Of a DNA stretch of 64,000 nucleotides, positions 1 through 9,569 are shown one piece after another; the first letter of the stretch is position 1; each line of letters starts with the position of its first letter. The position numbers and the translations under genes were made by a program. The DNA lies in assembly GCA_964643995.1 (NCBI GenBank), contig CAZXUJ010000002.1:114125-178124 (forward strand), written 5' to 3'. The notes beneath the pieces were generated by a model. The model did no database searches, was not told where the DNA came from, and saw only the letters and a program-made list of their open reading frames with translations. This DNA comes from an uncultured Candidatus Saccharibacteria bacterium (GTDB lineage: Bacteria; Patescibacteriota; WWE3; UBA101185; UBA10185).

Positions 1-514
1 ATTCGTTGTTGCTACAGTCAATGGGCAACCTATCTCAAGACTTAAAGTACTCAGCCAACTCGAGAAACAGTATGCCAGTCAGGTATTACAAAACCTGATT
101 ACGCAGGAAATGGTCAAGCAAGAAGGTCAAAAATTAGGTGTTGTAGTATCTGATGAAGAAGTGCAAGCAGAACTTGATAAGATTAATGAGGATTTTGTAG
201 CACAAGGATCTTCCCTCGAAGAAGCTTTGACATTACAAGGGCTAAAGCTCGAGGACGTAAAGGAAGGATTTAAAACACAGTTGTTAATTCAAAAAATTGT
301 AGGTGATAATGTTGCTGAAGTATCTGATGACGAAACAAAAACTTTTATCGAAACCAATGAGCTCGGAGAAGCAACCCCCGAACTAATAGCTCAAACAAAG
401 GAGCAATTGCAGCAACAAAAAGTCTATCAAGAATCTCAGCTGTGGTTGCAGCAACTACGTGATGGTGCAAAGGTAAACTATTATTTGTACCCAGCACCTA
501 GTGCAACACAATAA
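1..514 (+). CDS. SurA-N-like periplasmic chaperone domain protein (5' partial; the ORF runs in from before the window)
   Basis: The frame is open from base 2 with no upstream stop. The sequence 'VNGQPISRLKVLSQLEKQYASQVLQNLITQEMVKQEGQKLGVVVSDEEVQAELDKI' resembles the SurA/PpiD N-terminal chaperone domain. Confidence 0.5.
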   Translation, partial: FVVATVNGQPISRLKVLSQLEKQYASQVLQNLITQEMVKQEGQKLGVVVSDEEVQAELDKINEDFVAQGSSLEEALTLQGLKLEDVKEGFKTQLLIQKIVGDNVAEVSDDETKTFIETNELGEATPELIAQTKEQLQQQKVYQESQLWLQQLRDGAKVNYYLYPAPSATQ

Positions 515-541
515 TCTCGTAAACTTATACACGGAAAATTC

Positions 542-1444
542 ATGAACTACAAGGTAGTACTATATTACAAGTATGTGCGTATAGATAATCCAGAGGGTTT
601 AAAAAACCAGCAGATGGATATTTGCAAAAAGTTAAATCTCAAAGGGCGGATCATCATTGCAGAAGAGGGAATAAATGGAACACTTGAGGGCACTAGTGAA
701 AACATCGAAACATATATTAAGGAACTAACCTCACAACGTATCTTTGAAAACGTGCACATTAAACTTAGTGAGGGCAGCGGCGAGTCATTTCCAAAACTAT
801 CAATAAAAATAAGGCCAGAAATAGTAGCAGCGCATCTCGGGGATGAAGATGTGAATCCAAATCAAACTACAGGTAGATATATATCGGCCGAAGAACTGCA
901 CAAGCTAATAAATAGCAAAGCGGAGTTTTACATAATTGATATGAGAAATGATTATGAACATGCAGTAGGCTATTTCGACAACTCCGTGTTGATGAAAATG
1001 AGAAACTTTAGAGATTTACCAATGGCGCTGAAAGACATTGAACACCTCAAAAACAAAAAAGTTGTCACCGTATGTACAGGGGGCATTCGGTGTGAAAAGG
1101 CGTCAGGATATCTTGTGACCAAGGGTTTCGAGGATGTATCCCAGCTATATGGAGGAATAGTTACATACATGGAAAAGTATCCAAACGATGATTTCCTAGG
1201 AGAATTATATGTTTTCGATAACAGAGTAGTTATGGGATTCAACCTAGATTCAGAAAAACATAAAACAGTAGGTAAATGCGAACATTGCAAAAAGCCCTCA
1301 ACCAATTATATAAACTGTGAATACGACCCCTGTCACAAACATTTTATTTGTTGTAAGGAATGTCAGGAGCTCGAAGAAAAAAAAGTGTGCGCGAAATGTG
1401 CTGAGCTAAATGTATATGCTAGAATGAACAAACATGAACAATAA
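542..1444 (+). CDS. trhO: tRNA uridine(34) hydroxylase TrhO (rhodanese-domain, UPF0176/YceA family) with C-terminal Cys-rich Zn-ribbon
   Basis: N-terminus 'MNYKVVLYYKYVRIDNPE', rhodanese catalytic loop 'VCTGGIRCEKASGYL', and a C-terminal run of CxxC motifs. Confidence 0.8.
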   Translation: MNYKVVLYYKYVRIDNPEGLKNQQMDICKKLNLKGRIIIAEEGINGTLEGTSENIETYIKELTSQRIFENVHIKLSEGSGESFPKLSIKIRPEIVAAHLGDEDVNPNQTTGRYISAEELHKLINSKAEFYIIDMRNDYEHAVGYFDNSVLMKMRNFRDLPMALKDIEHLKNKKVVTVCTGGIRCEKASGYLVTKGFEDVSQLYGGIVTYMEKYPNDDFLGELYVFDNRVVMGFNLDSEKHKTVGKCEHCKKPSTNYINCEYDPCHKHFICCKECQELEEKKVCAKCAELNVYARMNKHEQ

Positions 1445-2162
1445 AACCCCAATCATAATGATAACGGTTATAGGGCTGTTAGGGATTTTGGCTACATACA
1501 CTACTTTCAAAAACTTTAAGGATGATTTTGATTTCATACCATCTGGAATAAGACAGGAAGCAAATACTGGAACTGAAGATAAGATAAATTACGACCCCGC
1601 GAGTGCTCCAGAGTTTGAGGGAAACATAGAACTACAGGACACCCCAAAGGAAGCTCCAGAAGAAAACCCAGAAAAGTCCCAAGCACGAAATAAGCTGGAA
1701 GAACTTTTGTCGAACAATACCTCAACGATCTGCGATATAAATCAAAATGAAAATGGGCAAGTGGTTAGCGGAAAGCTTTACATAAAGCATAAAAACATAA
1801 AAGCTGAATTTACGCTCAAAAAAGACAATAATTCTTATGATTCAAATCTTCTAAAACTTGATAAAACAGTATATATTTGGTCAAAAACCAATAATATGGG
1901 GTATGAGTTTGCAGTAGAGAATGATGAAGAAGTATTCTCACTTAAGGATTTAGAACTACTTACAAGCGATTCAGGTTATAATTGCGTGGCAAGCGAAATA
2001 GGCGATAGCACATTTTCTAAACCAAATGGAGTAACATTCCAAAGTTTTACGGAAAATCTTGATCAACTAATCCGAAACTCCGAAAGTTTATGTGCGATAT
2101 GTAATAATGCACCAACCGACGACGCAAGACAGACATGCCGAGAACAACTTGAGTGTAATTAA
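1434..2162 (+). CDS. hypothetical membrane-anchored/secreted protein
   Basis: 242-aa ORF with an N-terminal hydrophobic segment (IIMITVIGLLGILATY) and several cysteines. It overlaps trhO by 11 nt and no family was recognised. Confidence 0.45.
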   Translation: MNNKTPIIMITVIGLLGILATYTTFKNFKDDFDFIPSGIRQEANTGTEDKINYDPASAPEFEGNIELQDTPKEAPEENPEKSQARNKLEELLSNNTSTICDINQNENGQVVSGKLYIKHKNIKAEFTLKKDNNSYDSNLLKLDKTVYIWSKTNNMGYEFAVENDEEVFSLKDLELLTSDSGYNCVASEIGDSTFSKPNGVTFQSFTENLDQLIRNSESLCAICNNAPTDDARQTCREQLECN

Positions 2163-3634
2163 TATAACAAAGCTTTTGCGCGCAATTTGTAAGCAAAAGC
2201 TTTTTTTATAGATATACGGGCTTTCTTTGTTTTAGCAAATTCCAACCATTCCTCCGAGGGGTATTTTTTGTTTTTGTCAGTTAAAATCTCCACCACATCA
2301 CCACTCTGCAACTGATAATTCATTGGAACAAACTTATTGTTTACCTGTGCCTTAACTGCTGTGGTACCCAAACCCGTATGCAGGCTGAAAGCAAAATCAA
2401 CAGGGGTGGAGCCTTTTTCGAGAGAAACAACGTCACCTTTGGGTGTAAAAACCAAGACTTCGTCAGAAAACTCGAATATAGAAGTTTTTTTAGTTTCCGT
2501 AAGGAGACTATCCTGCCATTGAAGCATGTTTTGAACAAGTTTGAGTCTAAAATCAGTGACAGGATTTTTATCCTGAGAAAGCTTATAAAACACATGCGAT
2601 GCAGGGCCGTACTCGTTGTACTCGTGCATTTCCTTGGTACGAATCTGAATCTCGCCAAAATTTTTGTTTCCAAAATCTATAACTAAATGGATACTTTGAT
2701 AACCATTTGGTTTAGGGTTTTTTATATAATCATCCGAAAACTCATGTAGATGGGCATACTTACTGCGAATAATATCCATAACTTTGTAACACTCACCTAT
2801 GTCAGAAACAATAACCCTAAAGGCTACACGGTCATAAACCGACTCAGAAGCACTGCGAAAATCTTTATGTTGTTTCAATAGATAGCGAACAGATTTTTGG
2901 TAAAAAGAATAAGGACTCTTTGTACGACCATGAATGTGAAAGTCCTTTATTTCGTTATCTTGCAAGATCTGCCTTAATTTTTCAACGAAACTCTGAATAC
3001 GATAGTCTTTTGAGTAGAAATGCGTGGCCAGTAGATTTTTAGACATCATGAATTTTTCGGGATCTGCAATTTCGAAAGATTTATTGGATAACATACCATG
3101 CAACATACCCATACCAATAAGATCTGCTAATGGAGAGTAAACCTCAAAAGCCTTTTTTAACATAAAGTCTTTGTGGGCCTTATCAAAAACATAGATAGAA
3201 TCCAAAGCATGTAATTTTTGGATTAATCTTAAAGCTACAACCCGAACATCTTTTCCTGTCATTAAAATAAGACGTCTAATATAGTCAGCATAATCCTTGG
3301 TTAGGTTGCTACTGTTGTACTTGTTTGAAAGCTCACGAACGTGCTCAAGATGAGTAAGCATACCAGCAACATCATCACCAAGCTCTTTTCTTACGTCTTC
3401 CTCGGTAAGGCCAAATTTGTATCCATCCAATAGTAGGGCAGAGCATATACTAGAAGTATCTAGCCGCAGGTAAGCCGCGACATTTGCCACATCGATGGCA
3501 TAATTCAGCCAATCTTCTCCGTTGATCCGCTTTTCACCAAAATATGCCATTTCGGCTAACTCATATGCTTTTTTTATACGATCGGTTTTAGGAGTAGGAT
3601 GATATGTTTGGTAAACATCCAAAAGTCTTTGCAT
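2159..3634 (-). CDS. relA: RelA/SpoT-homologue (p)ppGpp synthetase with degenerate (pseudo-)HD hydrolase domain, synthetase and TGS domains, no ACT domain
   Basis: Synthetase motifs 'RVIVSDIGECYKV...DYIKNPKPNGYQSIHLVI' and a TGS motif 'VLVFTPKGDVVSLEKGSTPVDFAFSLHTGLG' are present. The HD-domain catalytic residues are replaced (HD->LD; EDT->KFG; His->Tyr). Confidence 0.85.
   Translation of the reverse strand: MQRLLDVYQTYHPTPKTDRIKKAYELAEMAYFGEKRINGEDWLNYAIDVANVAAYLRLDTSSICSALLLDGYKFGLTEEDVRKELGDDVAGMLTHLEHVRELSNKYNSSNLTKDYADYIRRLILMTGKDVRVVALRLIQKLHALDSIYVFDKAHKDFMLKKAFEVYSPLADLIGMGMLHGMLSNKSFEIADPEKFMMSKNLLATHFYSKDYRIQSFVEKLRQILQDNEIKDFHIHGRTKSPYSFYQKSVRYLLKQHKDFRSASESVYDRVAFRVIVSDIGECYKVMDIIRSKYAHLHEFSDDYIKNPKPNGYQSIHLVIDFGNKNFGEIQIRTKEMHEYNEYGPASHVFYKLSQDKNPVTDFRLKLVQNMLQWQDSLLTETKKTSIFEFSDEVLVFTPKGDVVSLEKGSTPVDFAFSLHTGLGTTAVKAQVNNKFVPMNYQLQSGDVVEILTDKNKKYPSEEWLEFAKTKKARISIKKAFAYKLRAKALLY
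2169..2209 (+). terminator. Rho-independent terminator for the 1434..2162 gene, embedded in the 3' coding end of the convergent relA-like gene
   Basis: 11-bp perfect stem (aaagcttttgc / gcaaaagcttt) with a 13-nt loop, followed by a ttttttt run. Confidence 0.5.
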
Positions 3635-4013
3635 ATTAGTAATCTAGCATCATTAGGTAGAGGTTTAAAGTAGGAGTGCATGAGGCGCTACGCGCGGCAC
3701 TGGCTTGAGCCTCAGCAATTGTCGCATCAATCACCTGTGCTTCCTGAGGATACGAAGCAGAATTCAAAGAACCCCTCAGAGATTCAAGCAAAATTTGCAA
3801 CTCCTGGGCGGCCAGTGCATTATCGGTTTCAACGTCGGAATCACCAGAAATCCTACAACAAACCACAGCCAACTCGGTAATTTCTTGGGACTATACCCAG
3901 GTGCACTAACTCTTAACGTTGTCATAATCAATCTCCTTTGTTTTGTTTTTTTCACCTCATGGTGATGTTTCTAATCCCCGTATTATATCACCCCATAGTC
4001 ATATGGTCATAAA

Positions 4014-4042
4014 TTGCGATTGGGCATTATTGCATGCATAAT
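4014..4042 (+). promoter_or_regulatory. sigma70-like promoter (TTGCGA-17-CATAAT) ending 6 nt before the ATG; possibly a leaderless transcript
   Basis: -35 TTGCGA at 4014-4019, a 17-nt spacer, -10 CATAAT at 4037-4042, then the ATG at 4049 with no room for a Shine-Dalgarno. Confidence 0.3.
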
Positions 4043-4048
4043 TAGTAT

Positions 4049-4876
4049 ATGCATCGCACACGATCTTATGTTTTAAAGGCAATATTATTCTCATTTGCAC
4101 TTTTCGTTGAAACAATAATGGCGTCTAGCTTGTTGTTTGACTTTGCGATTGCCAAAAACTACTTCGCAATCGATTGGAACTTCATTGGGCTACTTACAGC
4201 AGCGCTGCTTTTGATCTGTTATACATATGCACTAACAGTTGGAGCATGGGATACGTGGGTGCAATATGTTATTGTCCCGTTACCTATCAGTCTTGGTACT
4301 GCGCTTATAGTTGCTAGAATGAACCTCGCTTACGGTATCATCGTTTTTTTTACGGTGTATATATTCTCGGCTTACGATGTATATGTCGCGACAAGTTTAA
4401 AGGAACAGCTTATAAGGTTTAATCCTAAAATTGTATTACGCTTCTCTACAAAGGGGCTTCTACTGATTTTCGCGCTTATTTCGGGCTTACTTATATTTAT
4501 TAGCCCTGTTTCTCCAGATGAAGTAAACACTAATGTTGTAGACTTTATGGCGGGAATTGCTGAAAAACAAACAAAAATCATCCTAAACAATTCCATGGAG
4601 CAAAATGAAAATCTTGCAATATTAAAGAGATTTGGACTAGTAAGCTTGGATTTCAAAACCCTTTTTTCAAACCAGATCAGTACAGTTTTAGAACCCTACA
4701 AACACTTCATTTTACCAGTCATTGCATTGTTAGTCGCAGGTTCAGTACAGTTTCTAAATGGCCCTGTGTATCTGCTATTTGCTATAACAGTTGACTTAGT
4801 TTTTATGCTAGCAAAGAGAACCGGAATATTAAAAACGGAATTTAGGGAAGTACAGCAAGAGATTTTAACTTATTAA
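4049..4876 (+). CDS. hypothetical polytopic membrane protein
   Basis: 275 aa with several hydrophobic helices and no recognised motif. Its 3' end overlaps truB by 4 nt (convergent). Confidence 0.5.
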   Translation: MHRTRSYVLKAILFSFALFVETIMASSLLFDFAIAKNYFAIDWNFIGLLTAALLLICYTYALTVGAWDTWVQYVIVPLPISLGTALIVARMNLAYGIIVFFTVYIFSAYDVYVATSLKEQLIRFNPKIVLRFSTKGLLLIFALISGLLIFISPVSPDEVNTNVVDFMAGIAEKQTKIILNNSMEQNENLAILKRFGLVSLDFKTLFSNQISTVLEPYKHFILPVIALLVAGSVQFLNGPVYLLFAITVDLVFMLAKRTGILKTEFREVQQEILTY

Positions 4877-5586
4877 ACTATAGGGGGGTGGTTACTTAAA
4901 ACGCTCGGAAGATCTTCGATTCTTATGGAGTCCGAAAGAGTATACTCACCGACACGACTACGAACTAGACTCATAAGCACGCCACCAGTACCTAATCTCT
5001 CGCCCAAGTCGTGGGCAATTGAGCGCAAATAAGTACCACTACCGCAAACAACTCGGCACTTAAGTACAGGAAGTAATTTTTCACCAACAGTAGTCTCAAA
5101 AAAATCCAAGATTTCGAATTCATGTATAGTGATCTTCTTCACTGGAAGAATACTGGAAACGTCTTCCCCTTGTCGCGATAGTTTGTATAACCTATTACCT
5201 TCAATTTTTGTAGCAGAGTATGCCGGAACCTTCTGCTCAATGTCACCAACAAACTCCGGAACTAAGTCTTCAATTTGTTTGCGTAATTCAGTAGGTGTTG
5301 TATTAATCTCAAAATATTCCAAATCACCTTCAAGATCATAAGTAGGGGATTCAGCTCCAAACGCTATCTCAGCAATATACTCTTTTGGCTTGCTCATGAT
5401 TAAATCCTGCTTCTTTGTATCATGTTGAGTAAGTACTATCAAAACACCTTCTGCCAGAGGATCCAACGTACCAGCATGACCGACCTTGAGCTTTTTTTTG
5501 TTAGTTGATGTTCGCAATATACCCTTTACTTTGGCAACCACATCAAAACTTGTCCAATTTTTAGGTTTGTAAACATTCAATATCAT
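4873..5586 (-). CDS. truB: tRNA pseudouridine(55) synthase TruB
   Basis: Catalytic motif 'GHAGTLDPLAEGVL' and a PUA-like C-terminus. Confidence 0.9.
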   Translation of the reverse strand: MILNVYKPKNWTSFDVVAKVKGILRTSTNKKKLKVGHAGTLDPLAEGVLIVLTQHDTKKQDLIMSKPKEYIAEIAFGAESPTYDLEGDLEYFEINTTPTELRKQIEDLVPEFVGDIEQKVPAYSATKIEGNRLYKLSRQGEDVSSILPVKKITIHEFEILDFFETTVGEKLLPVLKCRVVCGSGTYLRSIAHDLGERLGTGGVLMSLVRSRVGEYTLSDSIRIEDLPSVLSNHPPIV

Positions 5587-5620
5587 ACATAATGAAATAT
5601 AACACGAAAACCAAAAATCA

Positions 5621-5649
5621 TTGACTTGGCAATCTTTAGTCCTATAATA
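5621..5649 (+). promoter_or_regulatory. consensus sigma70 promoter (TTGACT-17-TATAAT) upstream of thrS
   Basis: -35 TTGACT at 5621-5626, a 17-nt spacer, -10 TATAAT at 5644-5649. A roughly 135-nt leader follows, containing the hairpin ccccatttttgggg. Confidence 0.55.
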
Positions 5650-5786
5650 TGTTTGAATGCTAAGCTACATGTATAAACTAACTTTAAACACTACCTTAAC
5701 TACAACCCCATTTTTGGGGTAAAAACAGTTGATTAAAATTAAATAGTCTCAGAGAATTAAGTATAATTAAGTTAAAGAAAGTAATT

Positions 5787-7553
5787 ATGTCTAAAGTAAT
5801 AGAAAAACTAAAAGATGATCCTTTAATGCCACTCAGGCACACGTGTGAACATGTGCTTCACATGGCAGTACAAGAGTTGTTTCCCAAAACGAAGAAAGTA
5901 ATGGGGCCTCCAATTGAAGATGGATTTTATTTTGACTTTGATTTAGATGACAAGATTTCACCAGAAAACTTCGAGGCAATAGAAGAACGAATGCAAGAAA
6001 TTATTGATGCAGACCTAAAGGTAAAGGTTCATGAGATATCGCTTGCAGAGGCGAGAGAAATATTCAAGCACAATCCATATAAAATTGATACCCTTGCCGA
6101 AATTGAAACACGCGGAGAAAAAGTAACTCTTTACAGCATTGGTGATGAAAATGATAAACACTACGATCTGGATCTGTGTGCAGGACCTCATGCAAAGAGT
6201 ACGGGGGAAATAAAAGCGTTCAAACTTTTGAGTGTTGCAGGAGCTTACTACAAGGGGAGCGAAAAAAATAAAATGCTTCAAAGAATTTATGGTACAGCAT
6301 TCGACTCCAAAGAAAACTTAGAAAAACACCTGTTCAGAATTGATGAGGCCAAAAGGCGAGATCACAAAAAACTTGGTGTCGCGCTGGAACTATATATGTT
6401 CCATGAAACAGCCCCAGGAATGGCCTACTGGTTACCTAAAGGTGTAGCGCTCTATAATCAACTAGTTGAGTTTTGGAGAACTGAGCATGAGAGTAACGGC
6501 TACAAAGAAATCTTTTCACCCTTAATCAACAAACAAGATTTGTACGAAACGTCAGGGCATTGGGAACACTACAAAGACGATATGTTTATCGCTGATATGG
6601 GAGAGAATGAGGTCTACTGCCTGAAACCTATGAATTGCCCCAACGCTATGGTCGTATTTGGAAGCAAACCACGATCGTATAGGGAACTTCCCCTTAGACT
6701 AGGGGACACCGATTGTTTACACAGATACGAGTTATCTGGAGCATTGAATGGTTTGCTACGTATCAGGGAATTTAGACAGGATGATGCACATATTTTCGTT
6801 TCAGAAGATCAGGTGCGAAGTGAGTTTAAAAACCTATTTGAAATAACTGAAAAGTTTTATTCAATTTTTGGTCTTGAGTATAGGTTTAGACTCGGTACAC
6901 GACCAGAAAAGTTTCTGGGTGATGTAACCGTCTGGAACAAGGCAGAAGAAGAGTTAAAAGATATTCTTGAAGAATCCGGAAAAGAATACTTTGTGCTTGA
7001 AGGCGACGGAGCATTTTATGGACCTAAAATAGATATATTAATGAAAGACGCCTTAGGACGAGATTGGCAAATGGGCACCTTGCAACTGGATTTTCAAATT
7101 CCGCAAAGATTTAAGCTAAGGTATGCAGATAAAGATGGCACACTAAAAATGCCAATAGTAATACATAGAGTAATTTATGGTTCATTAGAGAGATTTATTG
7201 GTCTAATAGTTGAGCATTTTGCTGGAGCATTTCCTGTATGGTTGGCCCCAGTACAGGCTGTGATAATACCGATAAGTGATAAACACCTAGAGTATGCTAA
7301 TCAGGTGGCTACCGTGCTCAGGAAAAATAGGATAAGAGTCGAAATCGATGACAATGATGAAAAAATGGGTGCAAAAATACGCGCAGCCCAAATGCAAAAA
7401 GTACCATATATGTTGGTAGTAGGGGACAAAGAGATGGGGGCCAACTCTGTGAGTGTCAGACTAAGAACTGAAGAAGATTTGGGAATCATGAAATTAGAAG
7501 AAGTTGTAGACAGGATAATTGAAAAGATAAGCTCTAGATCTCTTGAGCTGTAG
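5787..7553 (+). CDS. thrS: threonyl-tRNA synthetase (short form lacking N-terminal TGS domain)
   Basis: Class II aaRS motifs 'FRQDDAHIF' and 'GAFYGPKID', plus a C-terminal anticodon-binding domain. Confidence 0.9.
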   Translation: MSKVIEKLKDDPLMPLRHTCEHVLHMAVQELFPKTKKVMGPPIEDGFYFDFDLDDKISPENFEAIEERMQEIIDADLKVKVHEISLAEAREIFKHNPYKIDTLAEIETRGEKVTLYSIGDENDKHYDLDLCAGPHAKSTGEIKAFKLLSVAGAYYKGSEKNKMLQRIYGTAFDSKENLEKHLFRIDEAKRRDHKKLGVALELYMFHETAPGMAYWLPKGVALYNQLVEFWRTEHESNGYKEIFSPLINKQDLYETSGHWEHYKDDMFIADMGENEVYCLKPMNCPNAMVVFGSKPRSYRELPLRLGDTDCLHRYELSGALNGLLRIREFRQDDAHIFVSEDQVRSEFKNLFEITEKFYSIFGLEYRFRLGTRPEKFLGDVTVWNKAEEELKDILEESGKEYFVLEGDGAFYGPKIDILMKDALGRDWQMGTLQLDFQIPQRFKLRYADKDGTLKMPIVIHRVIYGSLERFIGLIVEHFAGAFPVWLAPVQAVIIPISDKHLEYANQVATVLRKNRIRVEIDDNDEKMGAKIRAAQMQKVPYMLVVGDKEMGANSVSVRLRTEEDLGIMKLEEVVDRIIEKISSRSLEL

Positions 7554-8934
7554 GAACTGGCTTTTTTCTGCTCTGTGGGACGCCCTGAACAAGGGCGTCT
7601 ACGGCAGGTCCTCCAAAAACTGGTGCATAATGACCACCGGGAATTGTGATACGTTTGATAGCAGGGTGCTCTTTATTAAATTTAACTGCATTCACCTGAG
7701 CGCGTATTGCAACTAGATCATCCTCTGTTAATTCTCTCAGAGAACCTTCTTCAACAGCCTTGATTAATTCATAGGCAGATATGGTTTTTAGAAGATTTAC
7801 TACATCATCAGGTGTTACTAACTTATCTTCCTGGCCAGTAAACACCGCTGACCTGTTTAGGCGTTCTACCTCGTATAGTGTCCACGAAGAAAAATCCACA
7901 CCACGACGAAGGTTAGTTAGAGTATAGGCTACAAGTTCATGTGTATCTAGCTCGTTACCGTGAATGTGTAACAGACTGTCAAGAATTTCAGCATCCTTTG
8001 CGGGGTCTCCAGTAATATTTTCGCCCATAGAATTAGGACCAACAAAATTAAAAAAGGCGTCTGTTGATAGTTTGGTTGTTTTAGGGAGTACCCTTTTTGT
8101 ATAAGATCCTAATGTTGCTACAGCACCAATAAAGGCGTACCTCCCATCGCCTTCAGTACGATAACCAAGTTTTCTAAGTAATTTCTCCATTTGGGTGCTT
8201 TCATTAGGATCCTCCATTTTGGTCTCTATGTCGGTAAGGTTTTCTCTTGTAGGAAATAATGCTGGCGCTAATGCAACAGTATTATCATAGCCATACTGCG
8301 CTCCTAAAATCATCGAAGCTGCACCTCCCATGGAGTGGCCCATAATACTTACATCAATTTTTTTGTCGTCACCGTAACCTAAAGCCTCCGTTATGAAAAA
8401 ATCGACCTGCTGTGCATATGCCTCAGGCGTGCAATAGTCTTGAAGATTTGGCAGCACATCAGGGCGAAACTTAGTACCGCCAAAGCCATTACCATCAAGA
8501 GCCACAATGACAGCATTTGGATCCTTAGCAAGAATTTCTTCTACAACCGACATACCCTCATCACCTTTTATGTCAGAGTAAATCGTATTATTTCCCGTCC
8601 AACCATGTAACAAAACATACAAGTTTTTTTCTTTGAGATTTTCACCAAGCTCTCCAGCTTCACGACTGTAAATGTTAGCGTTCATATCTTCTAATCCCAA
8701 CTCAAATAACTTTGCATTAAATTCGGCGGATGCAACACTTTCAGAATTTGCTTCAAAAAATGATTTTGCCTTTAAATTGGAACTATAGTAACTAAATCCC
8801 TTCTCTCCAGATAAGGCATGCTCTTGATACAGATTAAGTTTGGCTAAGCGTGGAACATGTTCTACAACGGGGAGTTCGTCAGGAAAAGTAAAATCTGCGT
8901 ATTCAGTAAGATCTGGAGCACCTTCAATGGGCAT
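7534..8934 (-). CDS. alpha/beta-hydrolase (lipase/esterase-like serine hydrolase)
   Basis: Oxyanion motif 'LLHGWTGN' and nucleophile elbow 'GHSMGG' (GxSxG), with no signal peptide. Confidence 0.7.
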   Translation of the reverse strand: MPIEGAPDLTEYADFTFPDELPVVEHVPRLAKLNLYQEHALSGEKGFSYYSSNLKAKSFFEANSESVASAEFNAKLFELGLEDMNANIYSREAGELGENLKEKNLYVLLHGWTGNNTIYSDIKGDEGMSVVEEILAKDPNAVIVALDGNGFGGTKFRPDVLPNLQDYCTPEAYAQQVDFFITEALGYGDDKKIDVSIMGHSMGGAASMILGAQYGYDNTVALAPALFPTRENLTDIETKMEDPNESTQMEKLLRKLGYRTEGDGRYAFIGAVATLGSYTKRVLPKTTKLSTDAFFNFVGPNSMGENITGDPAKDAEILDSLLHIHGNELDTHELVAYTLTNLRRGVDFSSWTLYEVERLNRSAVFTGQEDKLVTPDDVVNLLKTISAYELIKAVEEGSLRELTEDDLVAIRAQVNAVKFNKEHPAIKRITIPGGHYAPVFGGPAVDALVQGVPQSRKKPVPTAQEI

Positions 8935-9081
8935 GCCATAATTCTATCAAATAAATGGATACATTGACCAAATGCCCTGTTATATGGTAATTTTTATCCG
9001 CAAGTCAATTGTTTCTTAGGAAAAAGTATTAAGTATACACAAGGAAATCAAAACAATAGAAAATACAAAACAAATCAATTC

Positions 9082-9555
9082 ATAAGATACCCACAAGTAA
9101 GGGTTGTGAATTTAGGTGATGGAAGCGCAATACTTAACACCAGCGAAGCGCTAAAAATAGCAGAAGAGCAAGGGCTAGACTTAGTTTTAATAACTGAGAA
9201 TGCACAGCCCCCTGTTGCTAAGATTCTTGAATTTAACAAGTTTCTATACGAACAGAATAAAAAAGAGTCTCAGATAAAAGCCAAATCTAAAAAGAGTAAG
9301 CTGAAAGAGTTCAGATTCGGACCAACAATTGCAGATGAAGCTATAGAACAAAGGGTCAAACGTGCGAGAGAGTTCTTAGAAGAAGGAAACAGAGTTAAAT
9401 TTTCAGTGCTATTGAGGGGTAGACAAAAGGCTTATCCAGATATAGGACGTGAAAAAGTACAGAAGTGTATTGATGCTCTAAAAGATATTTCTAGGAGCGA
9501 GGACGAGATAAAGGTGCAAGGTGGTACTATTTCTGCTATACTCGTCAAGAATTAA
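9082..9555 (+). CDS. infC: translation initiation factor IF-3; probably a non-AUG start (ATA at 9082, or GTG at 9106 as in the ORF track)
   Basis: The IF3 N-domain homology 'IRYPQVRVVNLGDGSAI...' begins upstream of the GTG at 9106 and is in frame with an ATA codon at 9082. The C-domain reads 'KFSVLLRGRQKAY'. Confidence 0.8.
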   Translation: MRYPQVRVVNLGDGSAILNTSEALKIAEEQGLDLVLITENAQPPVAKILEFNKFLYEQNKKESQIKAKSKKSKLKEFRFGPTIADEAIEQRVKRAREFLEEGNRVKFSVLLRGRQKAYPDIGREKVQKCIDALKDISRSEDEIKVQGGTISAILVKN

Positions 9556-9569
9556 TTTCGAAAACAGAC

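Noticed and set aside
3636-3872. 78-aa Ala-rich minus-strand ORF immediately upstream of relA (TTG/GTG start)
   Set aside because: It has no convincing RBS, a non-ATG start and no recognisable family. It could be a real small protein, but the support is insufficient to call it.
5787-5900. Possible T-box riboswitch in the thrS leader
   Set aside because: The leader is only about 135 nt and lacks the conserved T-box sequence AATTAGGGTGGNACCGCG. I kept only a generic regulatory-leader note.
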